DNA of 64,000 bases. Source: Stylophora pistillata (Eukaryota). Under the pieces are notes generated by a model. The model had not been told where the DNA came from and did not search any database. It was given only the letters and a program-made list of their open reading frames with translations. A program made the translations under genes and the position numbers. This document shows positions 37,582 through 52,167 of the stretch, one piece after another (position 1 is the stretch's first letter; the number at the start of each line of letters is the position of its first letter). Where the stretch lies: positions 390,856 through 454,855 of the forward strand of contig NW_019217860.1 of NCBI RefSeq assembly GCF_002571385.2. Direction: 5' to 3'.

Positions 37582-39169
37582 TATAAAAATAGCAACATCG
37601 CCGACAGCATTGAGTACAAGAACTTAAACAGAACCTCCACTAACAAACGAGTTCTGTCTGATTAACAATGTCTTTGCAAAGGCTATACTGTAACAGTAAT
37701 TGGGTGACATGCGTTAATTGACCACTTCTCTGCTCATGAAAGACGGATCCATGCTCTTAAACAATTTATGGCTATATCGCTAGGCTGAATTAAATGTTTA
37801 CAAGTCGTCAATTCATACTAATGTCTAATGAAAATTATGTGATTGATTGAACAAAATAAAAATTGAAAAAAATCTAAAAGTTGCAACAAGTTGATAAATT
37901 GCTAATTATTTATCAATTACATTACAGAGATGAGCTTCTTAATCTTCCTAGCTGCTCTTGTGGCCCTAGGATGCAAAAGCACACGTTTAAAAGGTATGAG
38001 CTGTTTTATTCTATTTTATTCTGTTCTGTACCCACAGCAATAATGGAAGGGCACCTGATGACAGAAAAAACAAATATGAAAAAAAATTTTAATGTTGACG
38101 ACGGTATTTTGTGGAAAAAGTCAATTTTAAGAAATCTAAAGCGATAAGCCGATAGCCAATGACAAAATGACTGTTTCCAACTATGTTTAGTTAAGCTCCG
38201 TAAGATTTTTTGTTCGTTGTGTCACTTAAATTTGCCACCGATTTATTTTTGTCACTAGGATCAGCCCAGCACGTCAACATTTGTTGCGAAGCAAGAACGT
38301 CTTTAGTCTGGTCATGCTGAACACAACTGCCACCCAAACCTAATCAAGACCTTCCGAGAAAATAAAGCTTAAGTAGAAATCAAGAAATATTTGAAGGATC
38401 TCCGTATCAGTTGGCAAATAAACACAAATCCCTTTTACAACTTTTATTGATAAAAGAATTACATTCTGTTCGCTTTATATGTTGTAGTTGTCAATTGAAA
38501 ATCAGTTTACTATTGGTGTTTTAAATGATAAATATCCGGAGTAACTTATTACCAATGATTGTTGTTTAGAATAAGTTAAGGAAAAAAATTATAGAATTAT
38601 ATAGTGTCAACGTGCTTACTTCTACCTTCTCTCGAATTTTACGTATAGAAAGATACACTCTCAATAGCAAAACTCACTGAGTAAGAATGTAATATTAAAT
38701 GTACAACGTACAGTTGATAATGTCAAAAACCATTGCATTCCAGTTCAGATTTTGACTTACAGGCGTTCACGCACAATTTACATCTCATTCAATTTGCATT
38801 TTTGAAAAGTGAAAGTGATGTTAGGGTTGTTCTCCATTCGTCAAAATAGAGACCAGGTCATCGACAGCTTCACAGGATAGTTATAACTAAAATATCCTTG
38901 CTTGCTCGTGAGACCTGAGTTGTCTTTTGCGGATACATTGCCAAAGAATAATGGCAATGTTTTGCATTATCAAATTTCCAACACACATTTCACCGAAAAG
39001 CTAGCTGACTGACAGATATAAAGCGAGGTACAATTCGCTCATAAAGTTCATTAAGTTATCGAAGCTAAAGAAAGTAGGAGTTAGTCACTTAAGACTTCTT
39101 TGATTCTGTCTACTAAAAGACGTCCGATAAAAAATGCAAATTACCATCTTAGCTTTTAAAGGTAGGAGA

Positions 39170-39215
39170 AAATAATAATAATAATAATAATTATAATAAT
39201 AATAATAATAATAAT
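39170..39215. repeat. (AAT)n microsatellite
   Basis: Directly visible. Confidence 0.9.
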
Positions 39216-41289
39216 AGATTTCTGATATTTATGACAATTTCAAGAGACTTTTCATAACCTAATGGTGAATTCTCAAAAACCCCAAAAGCAGTGTTACTTC
39301 TTTGTCATAGTACGTTTTTTCAAAAAATATGTAGTTGTCTTTAAAAAAAGACAGGCTTTTGGCTGAGTCAATAGAAAGGAAACTGAACTTTAATCCAAAG
39401 CAAACAGCCTCAATTTACTCATGATCTGAATCCTGAATTACCATTCAAAGAGATAAAATTGATCAAAAAATTTGTTTGTTTTTGTCTACACATTAAAGAC
39501 CAAATAATATCTAATGGAAACGGTGTAAAAAGCCGGACTGAAACTTAAGTTGACAGAATATCAACACTCTTACAAGTATTTGGTTTATGCAAACATAATT
39601 GAAAATATATATTGTGGTCGTCATGCATAAAAGAAAGGAATCAAACTAAGTGAATTAAGATATTAAAGAGTAATATATATATGGTTTTCAGATAAATTTC
39701 AAAGGACAGTTAAGAAATGTATTTATATTTGAAGATGTAATTAATTACCGGAAAAGGCTAGGAATAGTTTGGTTGTTAACAGTAAGGACCAAGATACAGC
39801 CGGTAATGCAAAGGCTTAAATTTGTTGGAATAAATTGTTATTCCCCGGAATGGGTATTATTGTGTCGTGTACTTCCTAAGATTCCTAAGATTCTTCTTTA
39901 GGAATGTGCACAATCCAGAGTTCCATTAAGGGTTCGTTGATTTAGGATACTTTTAACTACAGCGCCGATCACTCCAATCCCTTTAGAGTTATCGATCGAG
40001 AGTCTACTGTCTCTCAAACGGGGTTTAAAAACAGTGAGAATTTGTTTGTTTGTTTTAATTTAACCAATTAATCGTTTCTCTGTTTGACCGTAAAACGGAG
40101 GTTGAAGGACGTTCTATTTTTGGGACAGCAAGGGACTTTTATAATGCATATTTGTCTCATTCTATTTCTTAGGTTTCTTAGGTAAGATGACGTGTAAAAC
40201 ATATCATGGTATTCACCATGGCCCTCTGGTAATCTTTTCTTTTATCTCCGGATTTTGCTTTTGAAGATGGGTTTATGAAATCATAACTCAAGGGACTTCC
40301 CGTACTGTTTGCTTATTGATGATTAAAAGAAAAGCTCAGCAGAAAGAGTAGAGGCAAAGACTAAACTTGTCGGCAATAAGAGAACAACATAGAATCAAAT
40401 TAAGAAGTTCCAGTTAACTACCAATGAATGATATTTCCACTTTGATTATTTACCATAAAAAATCGTAGAAAACAAATGAGAAAAAGGGAGAGAGCCGACG
40501 TTAACTAGAAGCGATTATAAGGTAATAATAATAATTAATAATAATCTATTTACTTAGATAGCGCCCTTTAACATTATAGGATCAAAGGCGCTGTAAAAGT
40601 ACTTAAAATTAACTCACTACTTGATACAGCAAACATTCACCTGTAGTAAATGTTTGGTATGTTTTTCATCTTTACGAAGCATTGATTTTAAAAAGTTATC
40701 CGCAGAATTTATATTTCTTTTTTAACCTTGTTTTCGAAATGAAGTTTAAATAAAGAAATCAAGTGCCCCACACTCCCCTTTATTGGTGGCAACAATGTTT
40801 ACGAGCAACGACTACGACAATTGGATTACTGTAAAATCAAAAAAAGGTCTTGGCTCTGCCTTTCTCGTTTAACGCTTTAAACTGGAGCTAGCTCCACATT
40901 CCTGTCGTCGTCGATGAGAAACTCAGTTTTTGGAGTATTATTAGATGGATTTAACATTAAAGTCGCATATATCTATTAAAAAATTGATGGTCAGGTTGTT
41001 GACTTCAAGTTGGCAATGTCGCACACGAAAAAAACCTAGAAAAGAACAAATCGTTAAAAAGAGGTACCTTCCGCAAAAAGACGCAGCTTGGCGTTTATGA
41101 TGGAGAATATTGGCGCTGTCTCATAATTTGATAATTTACAATGGACTGATTTTCCACGAATATCTAAACACAAGGCAAAACAAACATCTAACACAAGGCA
41201 ACAGGATAAGAATTCCGTATGTGATCTTCGAAAAGGAAAAATATAGGAAACAAGGAGAAGTATAAAACTATATTTTACTGAGAGCAAAT

Positions 41290-42760
41290 AAACTCAACTC
41301 CCACGATGCCCCTTTCTCTCTTGAGATATAGATAAGTTGTAGTTGACAATCGTCAGGTAAAACATGCCGGATCAAACACGTTTTTTGAAGGCTGAGGAAA
41401 TAGATGTAGTAACAATTGATGGTCAAAATAACTTATGCCTTAAGACTACTAAAGGATTATTTTCTTCATTTTCGAAACAAAATATTGCAGGTTTTCTGAT
41501 GAGTTCTTCCTTTACATCAAACAGAGAATCTGCGACGAAGAAGTAAAGTTTTGGAAACAACTTGCTAATTCATTTGTGTCGAACAGTAACGAAGATATCA
41601 GAATTGAAATCAACCCCATTGAAACTGGATGGAAAGTCAAAGGAAACAAAGTCCAGGTAATACACATTGTTCATTTTATAACGCTAATCTGTACATTGCA
41701 TGAGGACCTAAGGGGGAGCTCTTCTCCCGAGGCACTAATTGGAGGAGAGTCATCTGGTTTTGATCTCAGAATGAGGCTCAATTCCTCTCCCTGGTCATCA
41801 GTTACCTTGATTAGTTGTGGACGTGCAAACCCTCTTTTTCTTCGCCTTCAGTTCAGATTGAAAGTCGTAAGACTCTTAAGGAGTATACAAACTGTTTTTT
41901 TCACCCATTAGGCCCTTCCGCTGAGTGGCACGTTTTTGTCCTGAACTTAATTTTTTTTATCGTGCTCAAATTACAGAAGGTTATAGCAAAAGATGCCTGG
42001 CATTCGCTTGAAACTTTTACAGGCTTTAACATCGAGCACGTCAACAAGTCGAAGCAAGCACTCTTTTGTGGAATAACAGCATCGCACGGGAGAGATCAGG
42101 CTAACACAGAAGTAGTGGCAAATTGCTAGGATCAGGTCTACGATATGGAATTTTCTGTGTATTTGTGACGCTGGAGACGAAGGTTATTGAAGAGAGAGGA
42201 TCAGAGAATTGGAACGAGGAGTGGTAGGAGCTCGAGCTCTCCGATATACTTTCGAACTTGTAATTACTAAAGGTTTCCTTTTGGTCAAACTCTCATCACT
42301 TCACACGAATACATATTTCTCAAGCAGACGCCAATCCATTTTTATTTTGCCGCAAAGATGTGAAAAATGCATGCGCTTGTAAAGAAACATTTTATCAGTT
42401 ACCTCCCCAACCAACACAGAGTAGATGAACTATTTTGCTATGACAGAGAGAATATTAGGATCTACGCTTCGATGGCAAAAAGGAAAAATTGTGTCTTAAA
42501 ATCGAAATTTTCAAGAAACTCTAAAGTGTGTAACTATCAAAATAAATATACTAATTTATCAATTTCTATCATACAGGAGAGAAGCAAAGGAAAACTCAAC
42601 CAACCACCCTCTAAGCGAGAAATGGTAATAAGATTTATTCCTGTTCTTTTCTATTAAAAAAACCCAACAACAACAACAACAGCAGCGACAACATCGCTAA
42701 TAGCATAGAGTAAAAGGACATAAAGTGAAAATCCACTAGCAATCGAATTCTGTCTGATTA
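41290..42760 (+). pseudogene. psiZ5: 5'-truncated type B ZU5-UPA paralog
   Basis: Homology starts inside intron 1, so the first coding exon is absent. Exon remnants: 41525-41656 (compensating indels), 41977-42129 (15-nt deletion, premature TAG, donor lost) and about 42576-42660 (internal deletion). Confidence 0.85.
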
Positions 42761-42927
42761 AACCATTTTGAGAGATTATTCTTAACCTATTGGAGGAGTT
42801 ATGATACAACCAGAAGTAAATGTTTCTCTTCTGTATTCGTGCTTTTTTAACAAATCGCAATTTCTCGTTAAAAAAGGAACAATTTAAGTTCCATCCAAAT
42901 TGGGGATCCTGAGAGACTTCAGTTCTA

Positions 42928-44442
42928 GTGGAGAGAAAACGCAATGACGTTCAGGTAACCTTGCCTGTGCTAAGAAAAAATTTGAAGTGGCAGCCTTTGG
43001 AGTTACAGGAAAAGATGACTAGAAGCGAATGCAAGGCTTTGACTAGAAGATTAGGATTTAGCTGATAGATGACACCGAAATGGCACTCAAGGAAACACAC
43101 TCCTAGTCACAATTTTTTTTCTAGGCTTAAATGTTAAGTTAAAAAGAGGAAGAAAGAAAAAAAAAGGGAGAGAAAGAAAAGAAGAAAAGGAAGGATATTA
43201 CCTTAATGACCCTAAATATTTCATCCTCAGATTAATCTTTTAAATTCGGCCAGCATTTCTGTCTCATTTCTGTCTCATTTCTGTCTCCTAATTGAGTTTG
43301 CTCACAGTTGTTCTAATAAATTAGTTTATTGTTGCTGTTTTTTGCATGTTTGACTGACTTGTTTGTTTGTATGTTGGTTTGTTTACTTGATCTGTTAAGC
43401 CTCTTCACATTTTTCCTTTTATTCAATTTGCAGCGGATTTGTAAGGAAGGAGAAGATTCAGGAATCAAATTGTTAACAACACTTTCCAGCTTATTTGTAC
43501 CCAACAGTAAACAAGATATCAGCATAGAATTTATTGACTTGGAAGCGGGTTGGCAAATCGCTGGGGATAAAGTGGACGTAAGATACTCAATAGGGAGTGA
43601 GTGTGTTCTTGGATAGTGTGACTATCAGCGATAATTGAACCTATAGCTAGAAATGATAGTTCATTTTGATGTTAAAACACACATATTACCCGCAAATAGC
43701 GCGTGACACTGCAATCATTTAAGGGCTCTGATTCCCAGATCCTGAACTTTCATACAATACTCTTCCTTAGACGACAGTATCAAGAGATGCCTGGAATTCT
43801 CAAGAAAATACGACGGGTTTTCCTTGGTGTGATTTTGTTGTGAGTCACGTTGATACAACCAAGTAGCAGTTCTTCTTTAGAATAAGAGCAGTACACGGAA
43901 ACGACAGCGCTGGTAACGAGGTAGTGGCCTTTGTTCAGCAGGTAAATATTATCATCATAATCTTTATTTTTTTCGTTTTAAATCTTCATGAGTATCTTAA
44001 TGTAATCGTATTTTAGAGAATTCACAAAGACGAAGCAAAACTGAAATTACCATACGATGAAAGCAAAAGATGAATTAATAAATGGGCTTCATTAAGGGAA
44101 GTTAAGCTACCTATTACTGTAGTTTACGAGTGGAGGAAAGCAACTTGTTTGGAAGGACAGTGTTTAAAACAAAACGAAACAAAAAATTAAAAACAAAAAA
44201 ACAACACAGCAAAACAAAAACAAAGCGTAAAAAACAGAGGAAGAAAATTAATTAATAATTAGTTCTGTTGATAAACGTTTGCTAACATCATGAAAAGTGA
44301 TGAGTCAATCCTCCTTTTTTCTATTCTACAGAACAGCGATACCAAGATCAACAACCCACCTGAAAAGAAAATCAAGAACACTCATCAGACAAACTGTTCG
44401 AAAGATAAAACAATATTTGTCTCCTTTTACCTGTATAATTAA
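42928..44442 (+). pseudogene. psiZ6: 5'-truncated type A (Z1-like) ZU5-UPA paralog
   Basis: Starts mid-exon (VERKRNDVQVTLP). Has a frameshift, TAG at 43019-43021 and a donor mutated GT>GA at about 43092. Exon 43434-43577 is open, exon 43771-43941 has an in-frame TAG at 43864, last exon starts at 44332. Confidence 0.88.
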
Positions 44443-46016
44443 CTAAACTGGCCATTGGTTCCTCAATCATAAATACACAATGTCTTTTGAACATATCCTA
44501 AGGGTTTTAAGCGAGAGACGGCGGAATTACTACAAGATATAGTTCTCGCCGACTATTTTAGAGCCTACAATGTGTATTTATAAGATGTATAGAGACGAAG
44601 TTTACAGAGTTTCTGTCGTCTTATGGACGGGAGTCGTTTGGCTAAAACTCCCTCAGCACTTGGCCGTGCTAAGATAGGCATGCTTAATCAAGCAGCGTCA
44701 TTAAGTAAGAAATATAAACCTTATGGTGGTTAATCTTTAGTTCATCGAGTGAATAATCCATGCATTTATTCATTCATTTATTTGACCAACGAGTTATTCA
44801 TTTCATCAGAATCCAGTGCTACAGGATGACTTCTCTGAGAAAGATAGTCGGTGTGAAGCTTCTGTACAAGCCTACCTTGTAGCTTTATGTATCAATGTTA
44901 TGATTCCACAGTTCACTTTAGAGACGCGAAGAAACTCTAGAAACGATGTGAAATCCCCTAATCCAAGAGCAAATAAGGGTATCTAAACAGTTTTGACTTT
45001 GTTTTTACAACGCTAGCTAAAGTGCATGAATTGTAGAACACAAATTCATCAAATAAAAGTGTCAAAGGCGCGTTCCTTGGTCATGTTTTCTTTTCATCAC
45101 TGAAAAATTCGCTTGTATTTGAGTGCACGTTGCCATTTGCCAAATTTGAGAAGAGCTGATTCAAGTGTATGGAGCAATATGAAACGTTTTGGAACTTTTC
45201 AACTTGAGAAATTTTAACCCACCCCACCTCCAAACAAAAATAAATAAGCTAAAAGAATACATAATTGAAGCTTGAGTTCAGCATAATTTTGTTTTATTTA
45301 CCATGACATAGACAGCGCATATGATTTCCTTGTATCTACGTGTAGACTACAATCGAGGGCATACTACTTAAAGATGGTCAAAGCTCTTTACAAACCAATC
45401 CGCTAAGGAGACATCTCGAAAAACGATGTTTGTTTGCTTTATTTACATTCAGTTCTGACTAATCTAGGGAGCGTACTTTATGCAATGTTTAATCATTCAT
45501 GCAACATGAATCCACGGACATTGATAACGATCTTTACATATAATCCTAGGCACTAAGAAAACGACAATGATACGTAGTAGATTAAAATCATTATCATTGT
45601 TTGCCAGAACAAGCAAAGCTACATTAAGGGGGGAGGTAAAACCGATTCCGTTTTCGCCCTGGTTTATCCCACCCAAACCTCCAGACAACAAAGATGAGAG
45701 AAAAGAAAGGGAGTAAAAACAAAAATAAAAAGGTAAATGGTGAGGGGAGAAGTTATAGAGACAGCGAGAGCGGATCGGCGTAGTTCGGTCGATGTACAGT
45801 GAACGTCTTCTGCTATCTGTCACGGCTCACGGCTCACGGCTCGCGCCTCTCGGCTCGCGGCTCGCGGCACCCCGAAACATTGCTGGCTTAGGACACGAAA
45901 TGTCTCAGTCCTGCTCGCCATCGAGCGACTAATTTCGCGTGTTCAATCGCAGGAACGTCGCTCAGGTTTCGACCTCAGCTTTCCACGCCTCTCCGCCACT
46001 CCAAAGAACAGAGGTT

Positions 46017-48114
46017 CTACTCAGGGGTGTGGCCATGCTCCACTGGTTGTCTCGTCTCGTTCAGATGAGTCTGCTGAAGAAAAGTTAGGAAATTTATCAT
46101 TATTCATCGATCGATAAGACACGTAATCTTGTTGCGATGTCAAGATAGATACCAGAGTTCAAATACAGTTTCTTGTTGGCATTGCTTTGTTTAGCTTATT
46201 TATTAGCTCCTTTCCCAGCAAAATATGTTTCAAATTTATGTTGTTGTTTGAGCATATTCAGAGCGCCTTTCATTTAATTCCAGTGATCAGTTTGTCGCGG
46301 GAAGCCGCTTTTCTCGTCGAATTACCTCTTGTCATTCTTACAACACCCCAGGTCATTTGTGTTATACGTAGTAGGTAACACTATGCCACAAAAAGATTGA
46401 AGTCTGTACTTGATTACTGATTAATTACTTATATATAGATTTAGTATAATTTCAGAGCTGAGCAAAGAGTTTCCAGCAGTCTGATTGGTCGAGCGGTTCC
46501 TTATATGACGCTATATAAACCGCTCCACGCGGTTGATATAAAATGTTAAAATAAAATGTTAATAAATGTTACTAAAATGTTGTGATTTTAGAAATTTCTC
46601 TGAAACAATTATTCGCCTCAGGTTCGGTGAATATCGTCGAATAATCCCCGAGACGAGGTCGAGGGGATAATTCGACAATATTCACCGAAGCTGAGGCGAA
46701 TAACTGTTAAATATATATATTATCATTTTATTCTTGTTTTTGAAAGCCACATTACTCACCGAAGGTATTTTCACCTCCAACAGCTCTGTTTCGAGGAGAA
46801 GGTCGTTCCTCTCATTTGTCAGTTTTACACCGACCTTCAGAGAGGTTACGTTACCAAACGGAAGGGTGAAAGTTAACTTCTCTGGCAGTGTAAACTGGTC
46901 TATCTTTGTTCTTTCAATCTGAGTGAACATATGAAAAAACAAGTGAAAGTCAGATAAAGCACTATTCTCTAACTACAGCCAAGCTCTTTCAATGGATCAC
47001 CCATAAAGTGAACCAGTATTAATCGCAAAAACTGTATGATAGAATACAGTCTCCACTGAAACTCTAATCTTACAAAAGATTATTTTGTACATAGATGCAT
47101 ATAACTTTTAATTTTTTGCGCCTAAATTCAAACCTCGAAATTGATTCTTCTCCATAGTTTTCCGCAGAGTAAGTTCGTGTCTAAGTTGGGAGGCTAACTC
47201 CCTTCCATGTTAGTGGTAACTGACCCCCAGTCATATGTGGAATTTAGACTTTTGTGTTTATTTGGTTCTTACCTGTTTAACTGCTCCAAAATCACCCGTT
47301 TTCAACTCGGCTATTATCATCTGCGCTTCCTTTTCTTTCAAACAGAATCTGTCGATGTGAACCCTCGTCATACCAAGTTGAGATTGCTCCTCCTGAAAAC
47401 AAAACCACGACATCACTAACTTGTTATTTCTTCCTCGAGCTCAGATGTGACTTCAATTTAGAGCAAGTGACGAGAATTAATAATTGTCTCAGGAGAAGAA
47501 CGGTTATTTTTATGTAACGCTAAATTTTCCAAACTCATTCACAAATAATATTGAAATAGCCAGATGGGAGAATAATTTTTCTGGTCTGAGAACATTATTG
47601 GGCTGTTCATTCATTTTCTCTCTTCAAAAAAAAAAAACAAAACAAAACAGAAGCAAAGACAAAAAAAACAAAACAAAACTGCCAAACACACGAAAACTCG
47701 CAACTGCTCCTTCACTTGTGGTGATAAAGTTGGATTTGAAATCAGTTTAAAGATGGAAGGATATCAAGTGTTCTAAGATTTCTCAAAGAGGATGTCTTCT
47801 CACATCAAAGTTATGTCTGGCTAAAGTATTTGGTTTAAAACGGTCGAAAAGTTATTTAAAGTTAGAGAGAAGTGACTTGTAGCCACCATTTCTTCTGGAA
47901 CTACAATAACAGCACAGAACATACTTTTAACAAATACCTGTAAGTAAGCTTTTCTACTAAAGCCTCCATCTTTGGTTAGGTAGAGCCAAAGCTGCTTGCG
48001 TAGCTCACTTTGGCTTTGTTGCCCTGGTTGTACGAGGCTGTATGCATCCACGATGTAGTCATACCCACAACCCAAGCATACTTGTTTTGTTGCGACCCCA
48101 ACGTCGTCAGGCAT
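46017..48114 (-). CDS. X4: stand-alone UPA-like protein, 169 aa; exons 48114-47938, 47392-47273, 46918-46760, 46070-46017
   Basis: GT-AG phase-0 introns. MPDDVGVATKQVCLGCGYDYIVDAYSLVQPG...AYLQ|EEQSQLGMTRVHIDRFCLKEKEAQMIIAELKTGDFGAVKQ|IERTKIDQFTLPEKLTFTLPFGNVTSLKVGVKLTNERNDLLLETELLEVKIPS|THLNETRQPVEHGHTPE*. Confidence 0.87.
46440..46712. mobile_element. Hairpin-ended MITE in X4 intron 3
   Basis: Near-perfect palindrome 46604-46708 (AACAATTATTCGCCTCAGGTTCGGTGAATAT..ATATTCACCGAAGCTGAGGCGAATAACTGTT). Absent from X2 and X3. Left boundary approximate. Confidence 0.65.
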
Positions 48115-48741
48115 TTTTCTGCTAGAGGAGGGACGGATACACATTAATTCACAAAAACCGTAGACGCTTTTTTTAATAGGGCAGAGTTAAGAGTGTGTAC
48201 CGCTAATTTTGTGCCGATTAAATGAAACAATTGTTAAGTATTTGTTCTAATAATGTGCACCCCTCAGTAAGCCACGTTGGATCACTTGACCGAGGAAGCC
48301 TGGACTGAATGCAAGTAAGGAAACTTGGATGTGATGTATCCCGAGGGGGGAAGGGGAAGATGAAAATTGTTATGTTACGCTTCAACTCGCAGTGTTTTTT
48401 AGATTAACTTGATAAAGGCTCACCATTAGCGTGATATCAACTATCTTCGAATGTTATCCAAAGCAAATTTAGATAGAGTGGATCGACTGATCAACAGATC
48501 CACTGAACTTACGCGTCCTCGCGATGCGTTGGTTTCGTCTCGATCTTTTCTGATTTCGCTGGCTCACAGTTTTGGTATCTCGGTAGTTTACACGCTCACT
48601 TTAGTGTCGAGATAAGCTAGCAATACCTTAGTCTTTTCTCAGATAAATGACGCGAATGGATGAGCAAGGAGAGCTTCTCCATAAACTTCAAGGCTTCGCC
48701 ACAATTACAGTGGTTTCATTTCAGTTTCTGTCATGTTGCTT

Positions 48742-51235
48742 GGGGATTCCCCTAAAACTGCCCTTTGCTCTCACAAAGATGCCTTATATTATTTTCCATC
48801 TATTTCTATGGCATTCCTGTCCTTTTCGTTGCGTTTCTGTTTATTGTTTATGTGATCTTTGAAGTGTTTTTAGTCGAATGGATCACGAAAGGGGTTTGCC
48901 CTTTATATTTTGATAACACTGCACTTTCGATTTATTTTCTGGTAAAGTGAAACCAGAAGAAATACGTTTAGACGAGTACAAAGCAAAAACTTGATGAATT
49001 TTTTCGTCTCTTGTTGAAATGAATCGTGAAAGTCGCGTCCTGAACTTTCGTGAACAACATTTTCAAATGGCAATATTTTGTCAAAACAGCGTGAAGGTTA
49101 AATACGCATTATCGATTTCATTAAAACCCTTTCAAATGACAAACCGAATCTTCTGCTCACGCGATATTTTAGTTTGTTTATGACGATAGTACAACCGGCC
49201 TTTTTCATTTCTGCATTTTCACTCCATTTGACGATTTCTAGACGGCAAATGCACCAAACGAAATCAGAGGTAGTGCGCTACGGTAGAACTGTAATACTCG
49301 CAGGCGGAAGAACAAGGGAAATAATAATCAGTGGGTTACGTATGATAGATTAAGTACGTTAGAGTGTAAATAATCACCTGTCACTACAGAGGGTCATTCT
49401 CTAATCACTGAAAGTGATGATCCCTAGAGTAAGAAACCCTAATAAAAATATTGCGACAAAGGATGTTGAATGATCGATTGACCGTATTAGCCTTACACTT
49501 TCTTTTGCTGAGATAGTTCTTTGCTATTCTGATGAGCTGACAGATATTATATAAGACTCCTCCTCTCTCAGCCGAGGCACAAATGATCGGAATACGATTG
49601 AAGTCGCATGATTTTATGCTAAGGCTTAGTCTCCACATGCCTTTTGTGTTTTAGGGGAATCCCCTTGAGTTCCACCTAGTTGATTTTCACAGAAGTCACG
49701 CATAAAAACATCATATTTTACTCAGAAATTCATGAACTGGCAGAAAATAGCTAAATTTTCTTGATAAAAATCCCCCGACTAAGAAACACTTCTATTCCAT
49801 CGTTTACAACCGTATTCTTTTAATGTTTCTCGTGCGACACAGAAAGGGGTTTTCCCTTTTATTTTGTTGATTACGCAGCACTTTCGACTTCCGGTTCAAT
49901 AAGTTGTAATCAAGCGATTGAGTTCGACAATTCAAAACACGAAAACTCGTCATGCCACCACTTCGTCCCTTGCCCTGAAATATCATGCAGAGAATTAAAC
50001 TCTCCAATTGTGCTCTTAAAAGAAATAAAAAGGGCAAAACACTAGAAAAAAGTCTTCTTTGGTTTACGACCGAGCTTTCAGAGCTATTTAAATTGCGTGA
50101 TTGAATGAAATACTCTTTGTGTGTTTGAAATAAAATCCCTTTGTGATGCGAAGCAACACATCGGCTCAGTTCTGACATTAGAAGAAAGAGACTATTTGAT
50201 GGACAATATGGCGGCCGGCATCGACATAAATCAGTTAAAACGAATACAAACTAACTTGATCAATATTTAACCGGGTTGTTAACTAAGGCTGGGCTTTTAA
50301 ACAACGTCAGAGGGAACCAAAGAACAAGAATACTCCTAAATAAATTCGCCTATTTCCATAAAGAAACTACCACTTACCCAAAGGAGTTGTCCTTCAAAAC
50401 TTTTAAAATAAGCCTAGATCTCTGTCGATCAACTTCAACTGAGTGTTGCAATTCTCTTCGTATCTCTTCGATTCTCTTCCTTATCTTCACAACTTTCAGA
50501 GTGGACGAATCGTTTTGAAAAGATAGACAGCCTATGAGAAATTTTAACAGAGCAAGTTTTTCTTTATTGCCTTACCGCCTTACCAAACATGTGTTTGATG
50601 TTTTTCTTTTTTAAAAATCACGTGACAGCTTATTCTCTCGTACGATGCTTTTCTAATCAAGGTCATTCAAGGACAGCTTTTGTTCAAAGTAAGGGAAATG
50701 AAGTTTCGTTTTCTAAAATTGACTACCATTCTCAATTATTTCCTTTTTTCTTTTACCAGATCTCGTGAGCGGGTAACAACATAAATGAGGAAATCGAAAG
50801 TTTATCCACTTTGCAGCTCAGGGAATTTCCCAATAGATTTGCATAACAGACAGAGATCAAAATTAATATCCGCCGAAAGTGCTTGATAAGCACATCAATG
50901 TTCGGAAGGGAAATCCCTTTAAAAACAGCAGATGAAACAATTCTAGGTCTTTTTTAAAATTTTGTTGAAATACAAATTTATTCCAGGTTTAAACTTTAAA
51001 TATAATATTTCCTTATAGCGTCAGTGATCCAGTACCTATGTTGGGCTGTCATTTGTTTCAATCTTGAACGCAGCAAAATAGAAATGTCTGTTGATTCAAC
51101 AGAATTTCAATTGAAACCGAAAACCAAGAAGTGTCTAAACAAGCAACTGTTGTATTGTTTGGTATCTTTGGTGGCAACCAAAGGACAGCTGCGTACAATG
51201 TGTGGAATGCCACCTGAAACCAAGGGAAAAACCCC
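48742..51235. promoter_or_regulatory. Putative bidirectional promoter X4/Z4 with kappaB-like site cluster
   Basis: GGGGATTCCCC 48742-48752, GGGGTTTGCCC 48891-48901, GGGGAATCCCC 49654-49664, GGGGTTTTCCC 49846-49856, GGGAATTTCCC 50821-50831, GGGAAATCCC 50908-50917, GGGAAAAACCCC 51224-51235. Confidence 0.7.
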
Positions 51236-52167
51236 TTTTCATTTTCGGTTATTTGAAAATGCTAATATCAAGTGTTCCGTCCAAGCGCCTTTGCTATATT
51301 AGATTCTGATCTAACAATAGGTACCTGTTCAAGCGAAACTGAATTACACCGTCCTGTTGTTAACCAATGCTTACATCATCATCCGTTGGTAAATATTTAA
51401 GAGGGAGCGCGGTGTCAAATCGTTGCAGTGCCTAAAGAGGGCAGACGAATCTAGCAACTCACTGCCACTCTGCGGAGTTAAAACAAAGTCGTTCTCTATG
51501 GAAAATGGTGAGATTAAACTTCTTTTTATTGTTTATTTTATGGGATCACAACTTATATGAGGAAAAATTGGATATAAAGCAACTTTGTTCGTGGAAAAAA
51601 AAAATCTAAAATTATGTTTTCTGAGTGCATTTATAATTTTCCAACGGCATTTGATCATAAGTCTTGATGAAAACTGAAAGTAAAAAACCGAGAATATGAC
51701 AGCGTGTCAGGTATGCAAAAACTCTCTCAGAATACTAGGAGAGACCGGATGTACAACTCAGAGGTAAACAAACTTGAAGGCACGTAGTCCGCCAAAAAAT
51801 TACCTCATGCCACAGCTTTACTTTACTCAATATTTCAACTAGCTGAAAGGATGAAATATTTTAAGCGCTCTAATTGTCGGAGATGTTGGAAGAAAGAATT
51901 AGATTTAAAAGAAAATAGTTGATAAGCTAATTTCTACCTAAACTGTCGTGTTGGCGGATTAGAAATATCGAACGGAAGTGACCTCGTCCAAGGTTCAATT
52001 AAGCAAGCCTCAAGAGTTTTTACGGCCTCAAAGTAAGTGCGTGAGTTCAGGAACGAAGATAAGATAAAATAAAAATAATGGAATAGAGTCCCACATTGAA
52101 TATATATAATTCTTATAACATTTTGGTTTTACTAGAATCAGCAAAATATGAGGTTCAGAAACCGTTC

